Shown: positions 8,971-20,135 of the stretch, in pieces
How the letters are laid out: each line of letters begins with the position of its first letter
Position numbering within the stretch: position 1 is the stretch's first letter
Virus record (IMG/VR): IMGVR_UViG_3300027914_001163
Span: 127,434 to 191,433 of that record
Length of the DNA: 64,000 nucleotides
Direction: 5' to 3' (one strand)
From: a virus
Taxonomy: Duplodnaviria > Caudoviricetes
Translations under genes and position numbers: made by a program
Notes under the pieces: generated by a model
What the model was told of the DNA's origin: nothing
Databases searched by the model: none
Seen by the model: the letters and a program-made list of their open reading frames with translations, nothing else

Positions 8971-8997
8971 CAGCCAAATTCTCCAACATACCAAAGG

Positions 8998-9029
8998 AAA
9001 AGCCGACCATAAAACAGTTGGCTTTTTTG
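8998..9029 (+). terminator. Rho-independent terminator
   Basis: AAAGCCGAC-loop-GTTGGCTTTTTT. Confidence 0.65.
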
Positions 9030-9065
9030 CAATTTTTTATTATTTTATATATAAGGTCAACCAGA

Positions 9066-12000
9066 ATGAAACTCCCGAAACTTACCAAACGCCGTAAAGG
9101 AATGATCATATCGCTTTTGGTCTTTGCGATCGGACCACTCTTTCTGATTCCAATGAAGATATGGCCTGGTGTGACAATATCCATGATCGGTTGGGGAGTA
9201 GCGTTGATCTTTGAGACTGCCGGTTCTCTGTTTTTTGTTACTTATCTTAATCAAAAGGAGACTGAACTATGAAGTGTTCAGACGTTAACGTGAAGTGCGA
9301 ATACAAAGAAGATCGTATCGACACTTGCCATCATCAAACCTGTATCAGAGAGTTCCGAGACAAAGCTGCACGGAATGCCCTGATCGGATTGCTTACAACC
9401 TATCCACTGGTGAATGACTTCGATACCATGTCTGAAGGAAGCATGATGAACCGTATCAATGAAGTCGGGTGGAAGGCTCCAATGGACATCCACTACCAAC
9501 CAGACCAGAGCGTACCGGCAGTCAAAATGTCCTATGCCTTCAACCTTGCACTGGACGCATACGCAATTGCCGATGCTATGGTAGAGGTTAAACTGGCAAC
9601 TGAGAAGTAAATAATAAGGGTATAGCCTTATTTTTCTATAGGATTATAAGGTTATACCCTAACTTTTTTATCACGGAGGTATTATCATGCAATGCAAAGT
9701 AAATCTTAAAACTGATCCCATCTCCCTCATCGTAATCGCAGCGGACGGCAATGAACATATGCTGTTGGATGCGTGTGGCGATGGCAGTACAATCCAAGTG
9801 GTGTTGGAATCGAAGACTCCCTTCCACGTCCTGACTCTTCAACGATTCGAATCAATGGCGCACGGAGAGATCATCGCACGAGGACTTACCATAGATGATT
9901 GTGATAGGGGAATTGGCGTAGCGAATACCGGACATCAGATACGATGGTTGGCGGTGAAAGGCGGAGGAAACGATTGGGCTATCTACTATGGTCTGTCGTA
10001 TCTGGATGAGGATAACATACGCCGGACAGGAGACAAACTGTACAACAAGGATAACATTCGTAAGTGCGTACCATGCGAAGATGAAGTATTTAAACTGTAC
10101 CGGTACTGAGCCATGTCATATCATAAACCAATGGATAGTTCTTTTGAATCGTGGTATAAAAAATGTTTCCAAAAGCCTACACGAGACAAGGACGGAAATT
10201 ATCTGCCGCCTTATGTTCACTGGCTCGAAGAACAACTCTCTCAATCGTTAAGGCATGATGACTAATGAACTATGATAGATTCAACAGCAATGAAGACTTT
10301 GAATTTTCTCGTATTGAATACAATGAAGGGATGAGTGCGAGAAGGCACGGTCGGAAGATACTCCACAATCCGTATAAAGCAGGAACAACGGATTTTAAAG
10401 CGTGGGCTGCGGGATGGGCGGATGCAGACATGAAAATTTTAAATAAGGATATGTTATATGACCGATGATGAAATAGAACAACTGGCGATACTAAAATCAG
10501 ATCGTGACAGATTAAAACATACGTTATCAAATGTAAAAGAGATAGACCGGAAGTATGGTGAGTCTTTTAATTATCAAGGACTCAAAGAGTTCATACATCC
10601 GAGAGTATATCTTAGACGAAAAGTAAAAGAGATGTTGGTTGATGCGTCGAGCGGTTGTAGTGCAGTGTTCGAATTAAAAACTGACGACTACCGCAACGAT
10701 ATTGTGAAAGAACGCATACGCCGAATCGAAGAAGAAGTCTTCACATACCTTGGCCAGAAGTTGTACGAGTTCATGGCCGAGATGACTGAAGCCCTGGAGA
10801 ATTACAAGGGTGAGAAGGTCGAGGCGTATATCAAGGAAACAATCAAGAAGCGTTCTGACCCAACACCGAAACTTGGATTTCATCGAGAGGGAGAAGATTA
10901 TGACGACGAATAAATCAGACACCAGTGTCCATAAAGTAATGAGCCATATTGAAGGAACTGTGTATACCAAGCCGATAACCTTAGAACGATTAAAAGATTC
11001 AATAGCCTTATGCGTTTTTCTAACCAGAGATGATGAACTATCTTTTGAGATTCGGAAAGCGGCATTAGAATCTGTGACAGCATTGCAAAAACTTGAAATA
11101 GAGTTAGCAAAATGACTTTTCCCATAAACAACATGACAGCCAATATTCTGCATGACACCATTGAACGATCAAGGAGAGAAGAAAAAAAAATGACTATACC
11201 AGAACATAATCTTCCAATGCGTGAAAGACCTATTATTGAACCAAAAAAACGAAAGAAAGAAGAATGGCCGATGGACAGCAGTAACCAAGGTGTAGGATAT
11301 AAATGTCACTGCGACAAAATATATTACACCAAAAAAGATCGCACGGACTGCATCAAGCGCAACCATCTTCCCAAGTATAATCTGGCAGCGGTCAAGGAAC
11401 TGATCGACTATTACGACAAGTATCATGAGGAATGGGAAATCTCGATGTGTCCTGGAGATTACACTGATCTCTCCATTCTCATAAAAAGAATACGTGGAGA
11501 TCAATAATGAAAAAGAAAGAATTGATTGACAAAATAAAACAATGGATTGAAGATAAACGTCCCGATCCAATTCAATATTATGGAAAGTATGAACAGGCAA
11601 TCGATGACATGCTCGATGAACTGGAGAATATAATAAATGAATCCACAAAGAAATAAAAACAGAACCACAACAGCCCTGGCGCACCGATGGCCTCACTACC
11701 GATGCGAACTGTGCGAGATGCCAGGAATCCACAAGGAAGATCGAACGTGTCCGAACTGCGGTGCAACAATCGTATGGGACGGATCGACATTTATAAATAA
11801 TCATATCAAGGAGTAACAGCAATGATGGAATTTAAAAACACACCGGCTCCGTGGCCTATTCAACCTCATACCCAAGTGGATAAATCCTTCATGGTCGGTC
11901 CAATTGAGATAGACTATGACGATGTAAACCACGAGGAACAGGATGCCAATGCCCTTCTGGTGTCCGGCTGTGTCGAGATGCGTGATGCGCTGATTAAAAT

Positions 12001-13417
12001 ACTTGGTGAACCACACAAAGATAAATCGAAATACTTGGATGATGTGCAAGAGATCATTGCACTTCTTGAGCGTGTGATTGGAAAACCCATAGAGGAGATC
12101 ATGGCGTAATGGCTAAATGTACCAAGAAGCATATCGAAAATCCTATACCAGATAAAGAATGGCTGTGTCCGAACTGCGGAGCCGATGCAGATCATTTTTA
12201 TATTGACGTGGCCGACATGGAAGATGATTGCGAGTTGAGCCACAAGGATGATGTGGCGGTTTGCATGAGATGCCAACGAGCATGGAAGTTACCGGCTTTA
12301 ATAAAACTGTGGGCAAAGAAACACAACATGATTAAATGCCCACACTGCAAAGGCACAGGATGGGTAGACCAACCAACTGATTATGTTGATCCAGAAAAGA
12401 GTGCAAAGAAATGTAGGTAGTGTATCATGGCTTCTAAGAGACATCTGCGCAAAAAAAGTTGCGGGTCAAAAGTGAAATATGTGACCAAGGAACAAGCAGT
12501 GTCGGCGGCAATACGATACCGAAAGAATTATCTCTCGGTGGTTACAGCGTATAAATGTAAATTCTGTCCGTACTATCACATAGGACATCAAGCATCAATG
12601 ATGGGGAGATATTCATGACGGTAACAGAACAAGAAATCAAATGTTATGAATACATCAATGCCGTGCGTGATGTTGAGAGTTTACCGCCAGGGTTATACAG
12701 GGCTGACGCTGAACGAGAACGCATACACAATGAACTGTGCGAGTTATTTGGACTTTCAAAAGAGCAAACAAAGAAATATACTACTGATCTTGACAAAATA
12801 GATTATAACGGAACTGAGTTATATTTTCTATTATTGAAACTGAAAAGGAACAAACATGGAAAACAAAAAACCAAGTGACTGTCATCATCAACATTGCTTT
12901 CCGGCTCCTGACTGCGAAGGATGCGAATGGGTTGTAAAATCCCTTGACGGATATATCCTGGTAAAGAATTTAAAAAGTGGAACCAATGTCTGGAAGAAGA
13001 GAAATGAGGCTGGCGGATGGTGTTACTATGGAGAGAGTTGCGGAATCCTGGCGCAGTTGTGGGATGATTGTATAGGAACGATTGAAGAACTCAAAGCCGT
13101 CATGCATGATGTACACAGTTGCTCCGGTTGCCAGATGAAAAAGCAATCTGGTCTGGATGCATTACGCCGTTGTCCATCATGTGAGAGACTTCCAGTGTTT
13201 CAAGATTTATATATTCCAGAGGAGGACGATAATGCCAAGCCCCAACACAATGATGATTGATATTATAATTCTTAAAAAGATAGAAGAGGCATCCATTAAG
13301 TTTCACGCTTTCTATGGTCAACCTCCATTCATGATTATCTTCAATCCCATCTTTAAAGATCGTTTGAATGTTGCTTCACTTGTAAAAAATCAGGATTGTT
13401 GCCGGAAGAGGATTTAA
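9066..13417 (+). CDS. Cluster of ~15-18 small co-oriented hypothetical (early-type) genes, several with CxxC zinc-binding motifs. Main ORFs: 9066-9272, 9269-9610, 9687-10109, 10265-10468, 10458-10913, 10900-11115, 11112-11507, 11822-12109, 12109-12420, 12427-12618, 12615-12878, 12856-13260.
   Basis: Dense ATGA/TAATG-coupled ORFs with GGAG RBSs; CPNC/CMRC/CPHC in 12109-12420; YKCKFCPYYHIGH in 12427-12618. Confidence 0.6.
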
Positions 13418-13987
13418 CATGCTCGTTAATGGAACAGCCTAATTTCTCTGTAAATGCTGTGTCTTTCTTGGGCAAGTGTGACAACTACGATCCGATGAAA
13501 TATTAAGACAGAAATCGTGACAATTAAATTGTCAAAAATGACTTAACTCCTCGAAAAATCAGAACTTACATTTGACAATTTAACGGACAAAAACACCACT
13601 GTTTTTGTCAAGCTGCCATCTCTTCTCTATCAATCTGATCCTGGCGCACTTCCTGCATTGTTTTAATGCGTCCACCTTTCATGGCGTGTTTATTACACAT
13701 CCAGCAACCGCAAGTGAGATTATGCTTTCGCAACATTCCAGTTTTCTCATCGGTAAAGGCGAAGTCTTCCATTTGCCAGATGTATTTTATTATGCGCTTG
13801 CGTTTTGCTATGATGCGGTTATTTTGGTGTCTGCGATAAGCTCTGGAAGTCATAGTGTATCTCCCGAAGTATTCTGGCATATTCTCCATCTTCATGCTCC
13901 CTCAACAGTTTTCGAAACTCAGCCTCCGGCATTTCACGGAGTTTCTTGGCCGTCTCTGCAATTTCCCGTTTCATTTTTGGTGTCATG

Positions 13988-14356
13988 CTACGTTCCCCAT
14001 TTCGTATTATAAGCCGGTTCGAAGTCCTTATAATAATCATAGAACAGAACTTTTGTCAAGAGTTCTGATTGAATTTTTTCTTTTACTTTTTTAAAAATTG
14101 TCTGATCGCTTGGGGTTTTGAATACTATTCCAGTCCAATCTCCATCTACCTCAGTTCTGAGCCTGAAGTTGAATAAGACATTTTCTATATCCTTGGAGGT
14201 AACTCTGTTCACGCCGAATTCCTTCAGGATAGATTCTATTTTATTATAATCCGTATCTGAATGTTTCTTATTAAAAAGAACGACATACGTTTTAATTCTA
14301 TTAGTGTCAGGCGTGTTATGAACTGCTTCGAGATACTTCTGAAAGTTTCCTGTCAT
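13988..14356 (-). CDS. Putative internal head protein, AVH family (MTGNFQKYLE/AVHNTP)
   Basis: Start ATG 14356; ILKEFGV...IVFKTPS...YDYY; lies directly downstream of the portal. Confidence 0.7.
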   Translation of the reverse strand: MTGNFQKYLEAVHNTPDTNRIKTYVVLFNKKHSDTDYNKIESILKEFGVNRVTSKDIENVLFNFRLRTEVDGDWTGIVFKTPSDQTIFKKVKEKIQSELLTKVLFYDYYKDFEPAYNTKWGT

Positions 14357-14457
14357 TTTCTTCCACCAACGATACCAGAATATCATACTCACGATCATCA
14401 AAACAGAAAAAATTCTTAAAGATGTCTCTCAACATTTTCTCTGATACAGTTTCTTTC

Positions 14458-16470
14458 TTAATCATTATAGGCGAAGCAATCTGAAAGACCGGTAAATTCT
14501 CCATTGAGTTCCAACTCCTCATAAGATACATGATGTTTCCTGACATATTTTGTCGTTTCTTTTTCTTCCTTTTGCATAAGAATAACTTTCTGTTGTTCTT
14601 CTACCATCTCGTTTATCATGGTTACCAGTTTATTCTTCTTCTGCAAGGCTTCACTGTAATTTTGTTTCTTGTCGATTGAGAACATTGGAACATACTCTGC
14701 CGTCTCAGGAGCCGGTCCCAGTTGTCCGGCTACGTCTGGCGGAATGGGTGTAGGTCCGGGGGCTGTGCCTTCTTCGCCTGGTGCTGGAGTTCCTGCCTCT
14801 CCTCCTGCGGGAGCCGGTGGTGCGCCTCCTCCTGCCGGTACTCCACCGCCTGGTGCGCCCTCTCCTTCTGCTGGCGGCGGTGTCATCTCTGCTAAGTCTT
14901 CTGATCCTTCTGGTCTTTCTTCTTCTGGCAACGCTTCGAAGATGTTCTTACCGGCCTGTTGGAGTTGCGCCAGTTTCAACCATTCAACTATTTCTTCATC
15001 AGAAAGTTTAAGAACATCCTGATAGATTTTGTAATCAGGAATAAAGACGGATTCAGCATTGAGAGACTTCATGTTCATTATCAAACCCCACCTTGAGGTT
15101 TCAATTTCAATGCGTTCTTTCTCGTCAATGTTGGATGGGTTATTCATCGTTAAAACAAGTTCATCGAATACACGGCTGCTGTATCCATTAAGGCGGAGTT
15201 CGATGTAGGCCAGTTTATACATTTGATATAAGAAACAACGCTGAATCCGTCTGATTTTTTTCGCAAATGGTTTTGACTTACTTGAAAGATTTGTATTTGC
15301 ATTGGCGAAAGTGTCATCATATAAATATTGTCGAGGAACACCAACACCAGGAAATATTTTATCTCGAATAAATTCAAGATCACCAACGTCACCAGGATTA
15401 TTTAACTGATCGAGAGTGGTTATGCTATGTCCTTCATCTCCGGCACGTTTTGGAATAACAATATCTTCAACTGTTCCAAAGATGTCACGTTGATAGTCAA
15501 TTTTGTTTTTACTGTATATATCGAGTTTACGTTTGTTTCTGAAATTATCCATTACCTGTTTAGCGTATTTCATTGCTGATTCACCTTGGAGTGTACCAAC
15601 ATTTATATTGAAGATACGGCGTTCGGGAGCACGAGTAATCCTGGCGATCAACAACGACTTCTCCATCATACTTATCATTTCAATCGAAGAAAGAACACTA
15701 TCGATAACGGCTTCTCCATAAATGCCATATTGCGATGATGGAATTCTAAAGTGAAGCATACGGAATGGATAGAATCGTTTATTTTCTTTCTCATATTCTG
15801 TTTGATAGTTTACGGTGTATGCAAAATATGACAATGTGTTGGTGTCTCTCATTTCAACGTCAGATACTTCAAATCCAAGAAGGTTTCCATTCTTTTCAAC
15901 ACGGAGAATAAACTGCCTGGGGAGATGAATGAGTTTAAGAATCCTTTTAAGACTTTGAGATATTACCACTTCCCAAAAGTCATCACCGTAACCGCACATG
16001 TCTTTGATAATTCCCCATGCTTTGTCGTTTATCCCAAGGCGAGAATACATCTTATCAAGCAGCTCAACAACTTCTTCCTGCGGGTGGACAACATGAAGTA
16101 TTTCGCCGTCCTGATCTTCTGTGGTGGCTTCGTCAGCATGGATATTGAGTACACCGACGATCTCAGGGTGCTTCTGCGCTTCTTGGAGACGATTGTAACG
16201 CAGTCTCCGCTCTCCAACACGTTCTTCCTGCTGATAAATATGTCCGATCAGTTCATTGACTGATACAGCCCCAAGCGCATTGATCTTGTCGTCCAGGCCG
16301 TACAACTGAAGAGGTATGTTGTCTGGCGATTGGATGAGCATATTCGCCATGCCGGAGATTTCAGAGTCAGAAGGAGAAATCTTTAACTTGCGATCAATCC
16401 GTTTCCAGAGGTACTTAATTTCCTGTGGGGTAATTTCTGTATTATTGGAAGTAATTGTTGGTTCGGCCAT
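14458..16470 (-). CDS. gp20: Portal protein (T4 gp20-like) with Pro/Gly-rich C-terminal extension
   Basis: HPEI...ADEAT, MLHFR, YGEAVI, LIARITRAPERRIFNINVG, EDIVIPKR and GVPRQYL motifs; ATG at 16470. Confidence 0.92.
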   Translation of the reverse strand: MAEPTITSNNTEITPQEIKYLWKRIDRKLKISPSDSEISGMANMLIQSPDNIPLQLYGLDDKINALGAVSVNELIGHIYQQEERVGERRLRYNRLQEAQKHPEIVGVLNIHADEATTEDQDGEILHVVHPQEEVVELLDKMYSRLGINDKAWGIIKDMCGYGDDFWEVVISQSLKRILKLIHLPRQFILRVEKNGNLLGFEVSDVEMRDTNTLSYFAYTVNYQTEYEKENKRFYPFRMLHFRIPSSQYGIYGEAVIDSVLSSIEMISMMEKSLLIARITRAPERRIFNINVGTLQGESAMKYAKQVMDNFRNKRKLDIYSKNKIDYQRDIFGTVEDIVIPKRAGDEGHSITTLDQLNNPGDVGDLEFIRDKIFPGVGVPRQYLYDDTFANANTNLSSKSKPFAKKIRRIQRCFLYQMYKLAYIELRLNGYSSRVFDELVLTMNNPSNIDEKERIEIETSRWGLIMNMKSLNAESVFIPDYKIYQDVLKLSDEEIVEWLKLAQLQQAGKNIFEALPEEERPEGSEDLAEMTPPPAEGEGAPGGGVPAGGGAPPAPAGGEAGTPAPGEEGTAPGPTPIPPDVAGQLGPAPETAEYVPMFSIDKKQNYSEALQKKNKLVTMINEMVEEQQKVILMQKEEKETTKYVRKHHVSYEELELNGEFTGLSDCFAYND

Positions 16471-16556
16471 AAATTTTCCTATTCTTTTTGGTGAAGTCGT
16501 TATAATATACAATTATATTAGATCGTTTTACAAAAAAGGACTTAAAAAAAGGCCAA

Positions 16557-16976
16557 ATGAAAGTATTGGAATTTTATCTCGAAGCATCACGGCCAACTCG
16601 ATTGAATGAACTTCGCAAATGGAAAATGGAAATAAGTTACAGCGGTTATTGGCATAGAAGTTGGAGAAAGAGACTCGAAATTGACAATCCAATTGAAGAA
16701 GTTCCTGAACTCGATGAGAGAGTTCATAAATCGTTAATGGATAAAATAACCGCTCTATTAAAAGAATATAATATTGAAAATATTCAAGAAATTCCAAGAG
16801 GTTCTTTAGCAGACAGCAACGAAAGAAAAGTTAGAATGGACTACGATATTATTTTCAGGACAACTTTCAAAAACGCCATTGAGATACGAAGCAAAGTTCA
16901 ACACCTTCTTGACGATGAAGAATTTTCAATACAGGGTTGGAGTTTAGATGGCGTACACAATTATTACGAAAATTAA
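16557..16976 (+). CDS. Putative internal head protein (MKVLEFYLE/A)
   Basis: Leader; ends NYYEN like the AVH family. Confidence 0.65.
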   Translation: MKVLEFYLEASRPTRLNELRKWKMEISYSGYWHRSWRKRLEIDNPIEEVPELDERVHKSLMDKITALLKEYNIENIQEIPRGSLADSNERKVRMDYDIIFRTTFKNAIEIRSKVQHLLDDEEFSIQGWSLDGVHNYYEN

Positions 16977-16993
16977 ATTACAGGAGAAATATA

Positions 16994-17398
16994 ATGTCAT
17001 CAAGATTTAGGGAATATCTCGAAAAAACATACTCAGAAGAAGGCGAAGAACCAGAAGAGGGCGGAGCGAATCTTCCTGCTGTCCGTGGCGGTATGGGACG
17101 TGAAATGATGGGGAGAGCAACCGGCTTTCCTCATGAACTGCAAGTTAAACTGATGAGTGAAATGAAACATCTCCAGAGCCAACCGCATAAGTATCTCAGG
17201 ATGATGAACGACCTCATGCCAATCATGATGAAACTTCAAGGTGGTGAATTTCTCAAGCCAGCCGAAGCCGAAGAATTCCTGAATAAATATAAAGAGTTCG
17301 ACAAGGACGTAAACAATCCTCGGTACTTCAAACTGCTGAAAGAATTCTTGACTACTGGAAACTGGAACTTTGCCAAATTTAAAGGTGATGTTCGGTAA
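16994..17398 (+). CDS. Putative internal head protein (MSSRFREYLE)
   Basis: AGGAG RBS, ATG 16994, leader, then an acidic tract. Confidence 0.65.
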   Translation: MSSRFREYLEKTYSEEGEEPEEGGANLPAVRGGMGREMMGRATGFPHELQVKLMSEMKHLQSQPHKYLRMMNDLMPIMMKLQGGEFLKPAEAEEFLNKYKEFDKDVNNPRYFKLLKEFLTTGNWNFAKFKGDVR

Positions 17399-17760
17399 TG
17401 AATCTTTCTCGTTATCTCGAAGCAAAACACGCCGCAGAAAAACTTGAACGATATACCAGATACGAACTGGACATGACCAATTATTCTGCCAATTATCATC
17501 TTAATTGGAAAGAATTTATTGATCGTGATATTCAAGAAGTAATGAAATTTTTAAAAGAGAACGGCGCACTGGATGTGAAGTTTGCCATGAAAGGAAAAAT
17601 GGCTTCATCGGGAGCTGCAAACTTTATTATCGATTTTAAATCTGCGCCCTCTGTTGTGGCAAAGTTTCTTGATGTCATACGAGATAACATGCCTGGTTGG
17701 AGTGTTAACATTTATGATAAATATCAAAATGTAAACATAGTGGAGTTGCTTTCATTATGA
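17398..17760 (+). CDS. Putative internal head protein, AVH family (MNLSRYLE/AKH)
   Basis: LKENGALDV...IDFKSAPSVV...YDKY. Confidence 0.7.
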   Translation: MNLSRYLEAKHAAEKLERYTRYELDMTNYSANYHLNWKEFIDRDIQEVMKFLKENGALDVKFAMKGKMASSGAANFIIDFKSAPSVVAKFLDVIRDNMPGWSVNIYDKYQNVNIVELLSL

Positions 17761-18101
17761 GTTTAAAATATTATCTTGAGGCAGTACATAAAACTCCTGG
17801 TAGAATACGCAGATTCCTTTTGGGAATGGATAACTTAGCAAAAGGAGATCACATAAATGAAAAATTTCAAACAAAGGCTATAGAAAAAACAATTCAACTA
17901 TTAAATAGTCTTAAAGTGTTGGATGTACGGCTGACTGACCGAAGCAACCTGAAAGATATTTTTTATCCTTATTTTGGAATATCATTTCGAGCATCGATGG
18001 ACATGCTTCATAAGATAGATAAAACATTAAGATTACAAATGAATGATTGGATCACATCATACACAGACGAAGAAAATAAGCGAACTGTTTACCCTGATTA
18101 A
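17757..18101 (+). CDS. Putative internal head protein, AVH family (MSLKYYLE/AVHKTP)
   Basis: Leader motif; ISFRASMDML. Confidence 0.7.
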   Translation: MSLKYYLEAVHKTPGRIRRFLLGMDNLAKGDHINEKFQTKAIEKTIQLLNSLKVLDVRLTDRSNLKDIFYPYFGISFRASMDMLHKIDKTLRLQMNDWITSYTDEENKRTVYPD

Positions 18102-18114
18102 ACGGAGATAGATC

Positions 18115-19728
18115 ATGTTTAACATATATCTTGAGTATTTGTACAACGAAGCCAAAGAAGCACTCATCGCAAAAATGCCTTGGGATGATGAACAAAAAAA
18201 AGCTGTTCAAGAACTTGTCAATAAATATCCTCAGAAAGCAAGCAAGATAGATTGGAATAACAAAGCACTCACCGCCGATCAAGCCTTAACTGTACTCAGA
18301 GAAGAAAGTAAAAAGGATGTTAAAAAGCAAATTCGCCAGGGCATACCAGGACTCATAGAGGGAACTGACTACATTGAATTCCATGACATACCGAAGCCAA
18401 ATCACGATGTCAGGGTTTTTTCTCCGCTTAACTACAAGGCTTCATGTGCTATTGGCCGTGGGGCGAAGTGGTGTACGGCGATGGAGAACAATGCCACTCA
18501 TTGGAGAAGTTATACCAAGAGGGGTGTGACATTTTTTTACATTCACGACACTTTCGCAAAAAACATGCAACGTATCGCTGTTTCAGTTGAGCGAAACGGA
18601 AATATAAGTATTTTTGATAAACAAGATATTCAATCAATTAAAGCATCTGAATTAAAAGACCTTTTCGGACTTACACCGCAATGGTTTATAAAACATGTAG
18701 CCATAGTTCAAGAAGGAATTAACAAAAACAAAGAACAAAGAAAAGTATCTTCAAAAGGAAAAGAAGTTGTTTTCGAAGATGATCCGTGGAAAGTGATAGT
18801 TTGTGGAGATTTTGAAGCATTCGAAACTCTAACAGATTATTATGATGAAAGCGAATTTGAAGAAAGAACAGAAGATGGACCAATTTATCTTTTAAAAGAA
18901 AACGACGAGGAAAAGGCTTCTTATCTACTTCATAAGCCATCGTTGGATTTTATCGACCTCACCACTCCACGAAACCAAAAAGTATATCTCGGTGGTTTGT
19001 TTTATGACAACTCCGATCTTAATGGAGTATACGATTTCTTAATGGATGAATGGGATGTTGACACCCATCCAATCGACATAGAATTTTCTCTTACAGAAGT
19101 AATAAGTGATTTTTATAACGGTAGAGGACACAATGAAGTTCCATCGGCAGTGTTGAAAAGTATTCTCATCAATAAAAAGAATTACAAAAAAATGTTCAGT
19201 GAATGTTCAGGGGAAATTAAAGAATTCATCGAAGAAAAATATCGCATGGAAGGAATCGACTCCATGAGCGATGATGATTTGTGGGATTTCGTTAATGGTA
19301 AAATAAACCTTTCCGGTGTTGTTAAAACTCTCAAGAAATCAATGGACACGATGTTTGACGAAGCAAATGAAAATTCTTTTCCTGGTATATCATACGATGT
19401 CGAAAAAAACAGAGCCTTTGTTTATCTTGACGAAGAATACATTTTAAATTACATGCTCGATGATATTATCGAGAGAGGGAGACCAGATACATACAACGAT
19501 CTCCCAAGTCAAATGTTTGAAGGTTATTATTTGTCAGATATTAAAGTTGACGATGTTATCAAAGAATATCTTGAAGCGGGTTATGAAACTCCAGAAGAGT
19601 ACGCTCATAAACTTCGAGAGAAGGAATACAAGAAAGCCGGTCAAATGAAATTGCCGTTTGGTAGAAGTAAAAAGAAGAAAGTTATAGCCGAAGATGTAAA
19701 TATATTTGAAAGATATTTACGAGGTTAA
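18115..19728 (+). CDS. Large putative internal protein, WCT family paralog 1
   Basis: MFNIYLEYLYNE/AKEALIAKMPW; ASCAIGRGAKWCTAM..HWRSY..GVTFFYI. Confidence 0.7.
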   Translation: MFNIYLEYLYNEAKEALIAKMPWDDEQKKAVQELVNKYPQKASKIDWNNKALTADQALTVLREESKKDVKKQIRQGIPGLIEGTDYIEFHDIPKPNHDVRVFSPLNYKASCAIGRGAKWCTAMENNATHWRSYTKRGVTFFYIHDTFAKNMQRIAVSVERNGNISIFDKQDIQSIKASELKDLFGLTPQWFIKHVAIVQEGINKNKEQRKVSSKGKEVVFEDDPWKVIVCGDFEAFETLTDYYDESEFEERTEDGPIYLLKENDEEKASYLLHKPSLDFIDLTTPRNQKVYLGGLFYDNSDLNGVYDFLMDEWDVDTHPIDIEFSLTEVISDFYNGRGHNEVPSAVLKSILINKKNYKKMFSECSGEIKEFIEEKYRMEGIDSMSDDDLWDFVNGKINLSGVVKTLKKSMDTMFDEANENSFPGISYDVEKNRAFVYLDEEYILNYMLDDIIERGRPDTYNDLPSQMFEGYYLSDIKVDDVIKEYLEAGYETPEEYAHKLREKEYKKAGQMKLPFGRSKKKKVIAEDVNIFERYLRG

Positions 19729-19729
19729 C

Positions 19730-20134
19730 GTGTCCTACTTTCAATACTACATGGAGATGGCTTCCCAAGGATCAACCTTTCGTGGTTTTCGAACTGAAGA
19801 TTTTGCAGGAGAGGAATACCGTGACCTCCTGGAAGTTGTTGAACATGAGACTGAGACGTTGGGTAATTCCGATATTCCTGACTATCTGAAGAAGCACAAA
19901 ATAAAAGATTACAAAAAATATATCAACGACATATACAAACAAGGTTATACCGAATGTTTGTGGTTGGTAAGAAGTCTCAAGCAACTTGAAAAAACATATG
20001 TCAGAGAGATGATGAGACACGAAGGGGATTTTGATTATGATGAATATATTATCAAAGACCCTATCATTCTTTCAGACGATGAAGAGTTTGGACAACTGGT
20101 AGCATATAAACCAAAAAATCTTAAAGGAGTATAA
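19730..20134 (+). CDS. Putative internal head protein (MSYFQYYME/M)
   Basis: GTG start after a GAGG RBS; leader variant. Confidence 0.6.
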   Translation: MSYFQYYMEMASQGSTFRGFRTEDFAGEEYRDLLEVVEHETETLGNSDIPDYLKKHKIKDYKKYINDIYKQGYTECLWLVRSLKQLEKTYVREMMRHEGDFDYDEYIIKDPIILSDDEEFGQLVAYKPKNLKGV

Positions 20135-20135
20135 C

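Noticed and set aside
14669-15022. Pro/Gly/Ala-rich plus-strand ORF
   Set aside because: It is antisense to the low-complexity tail of the portal gene.
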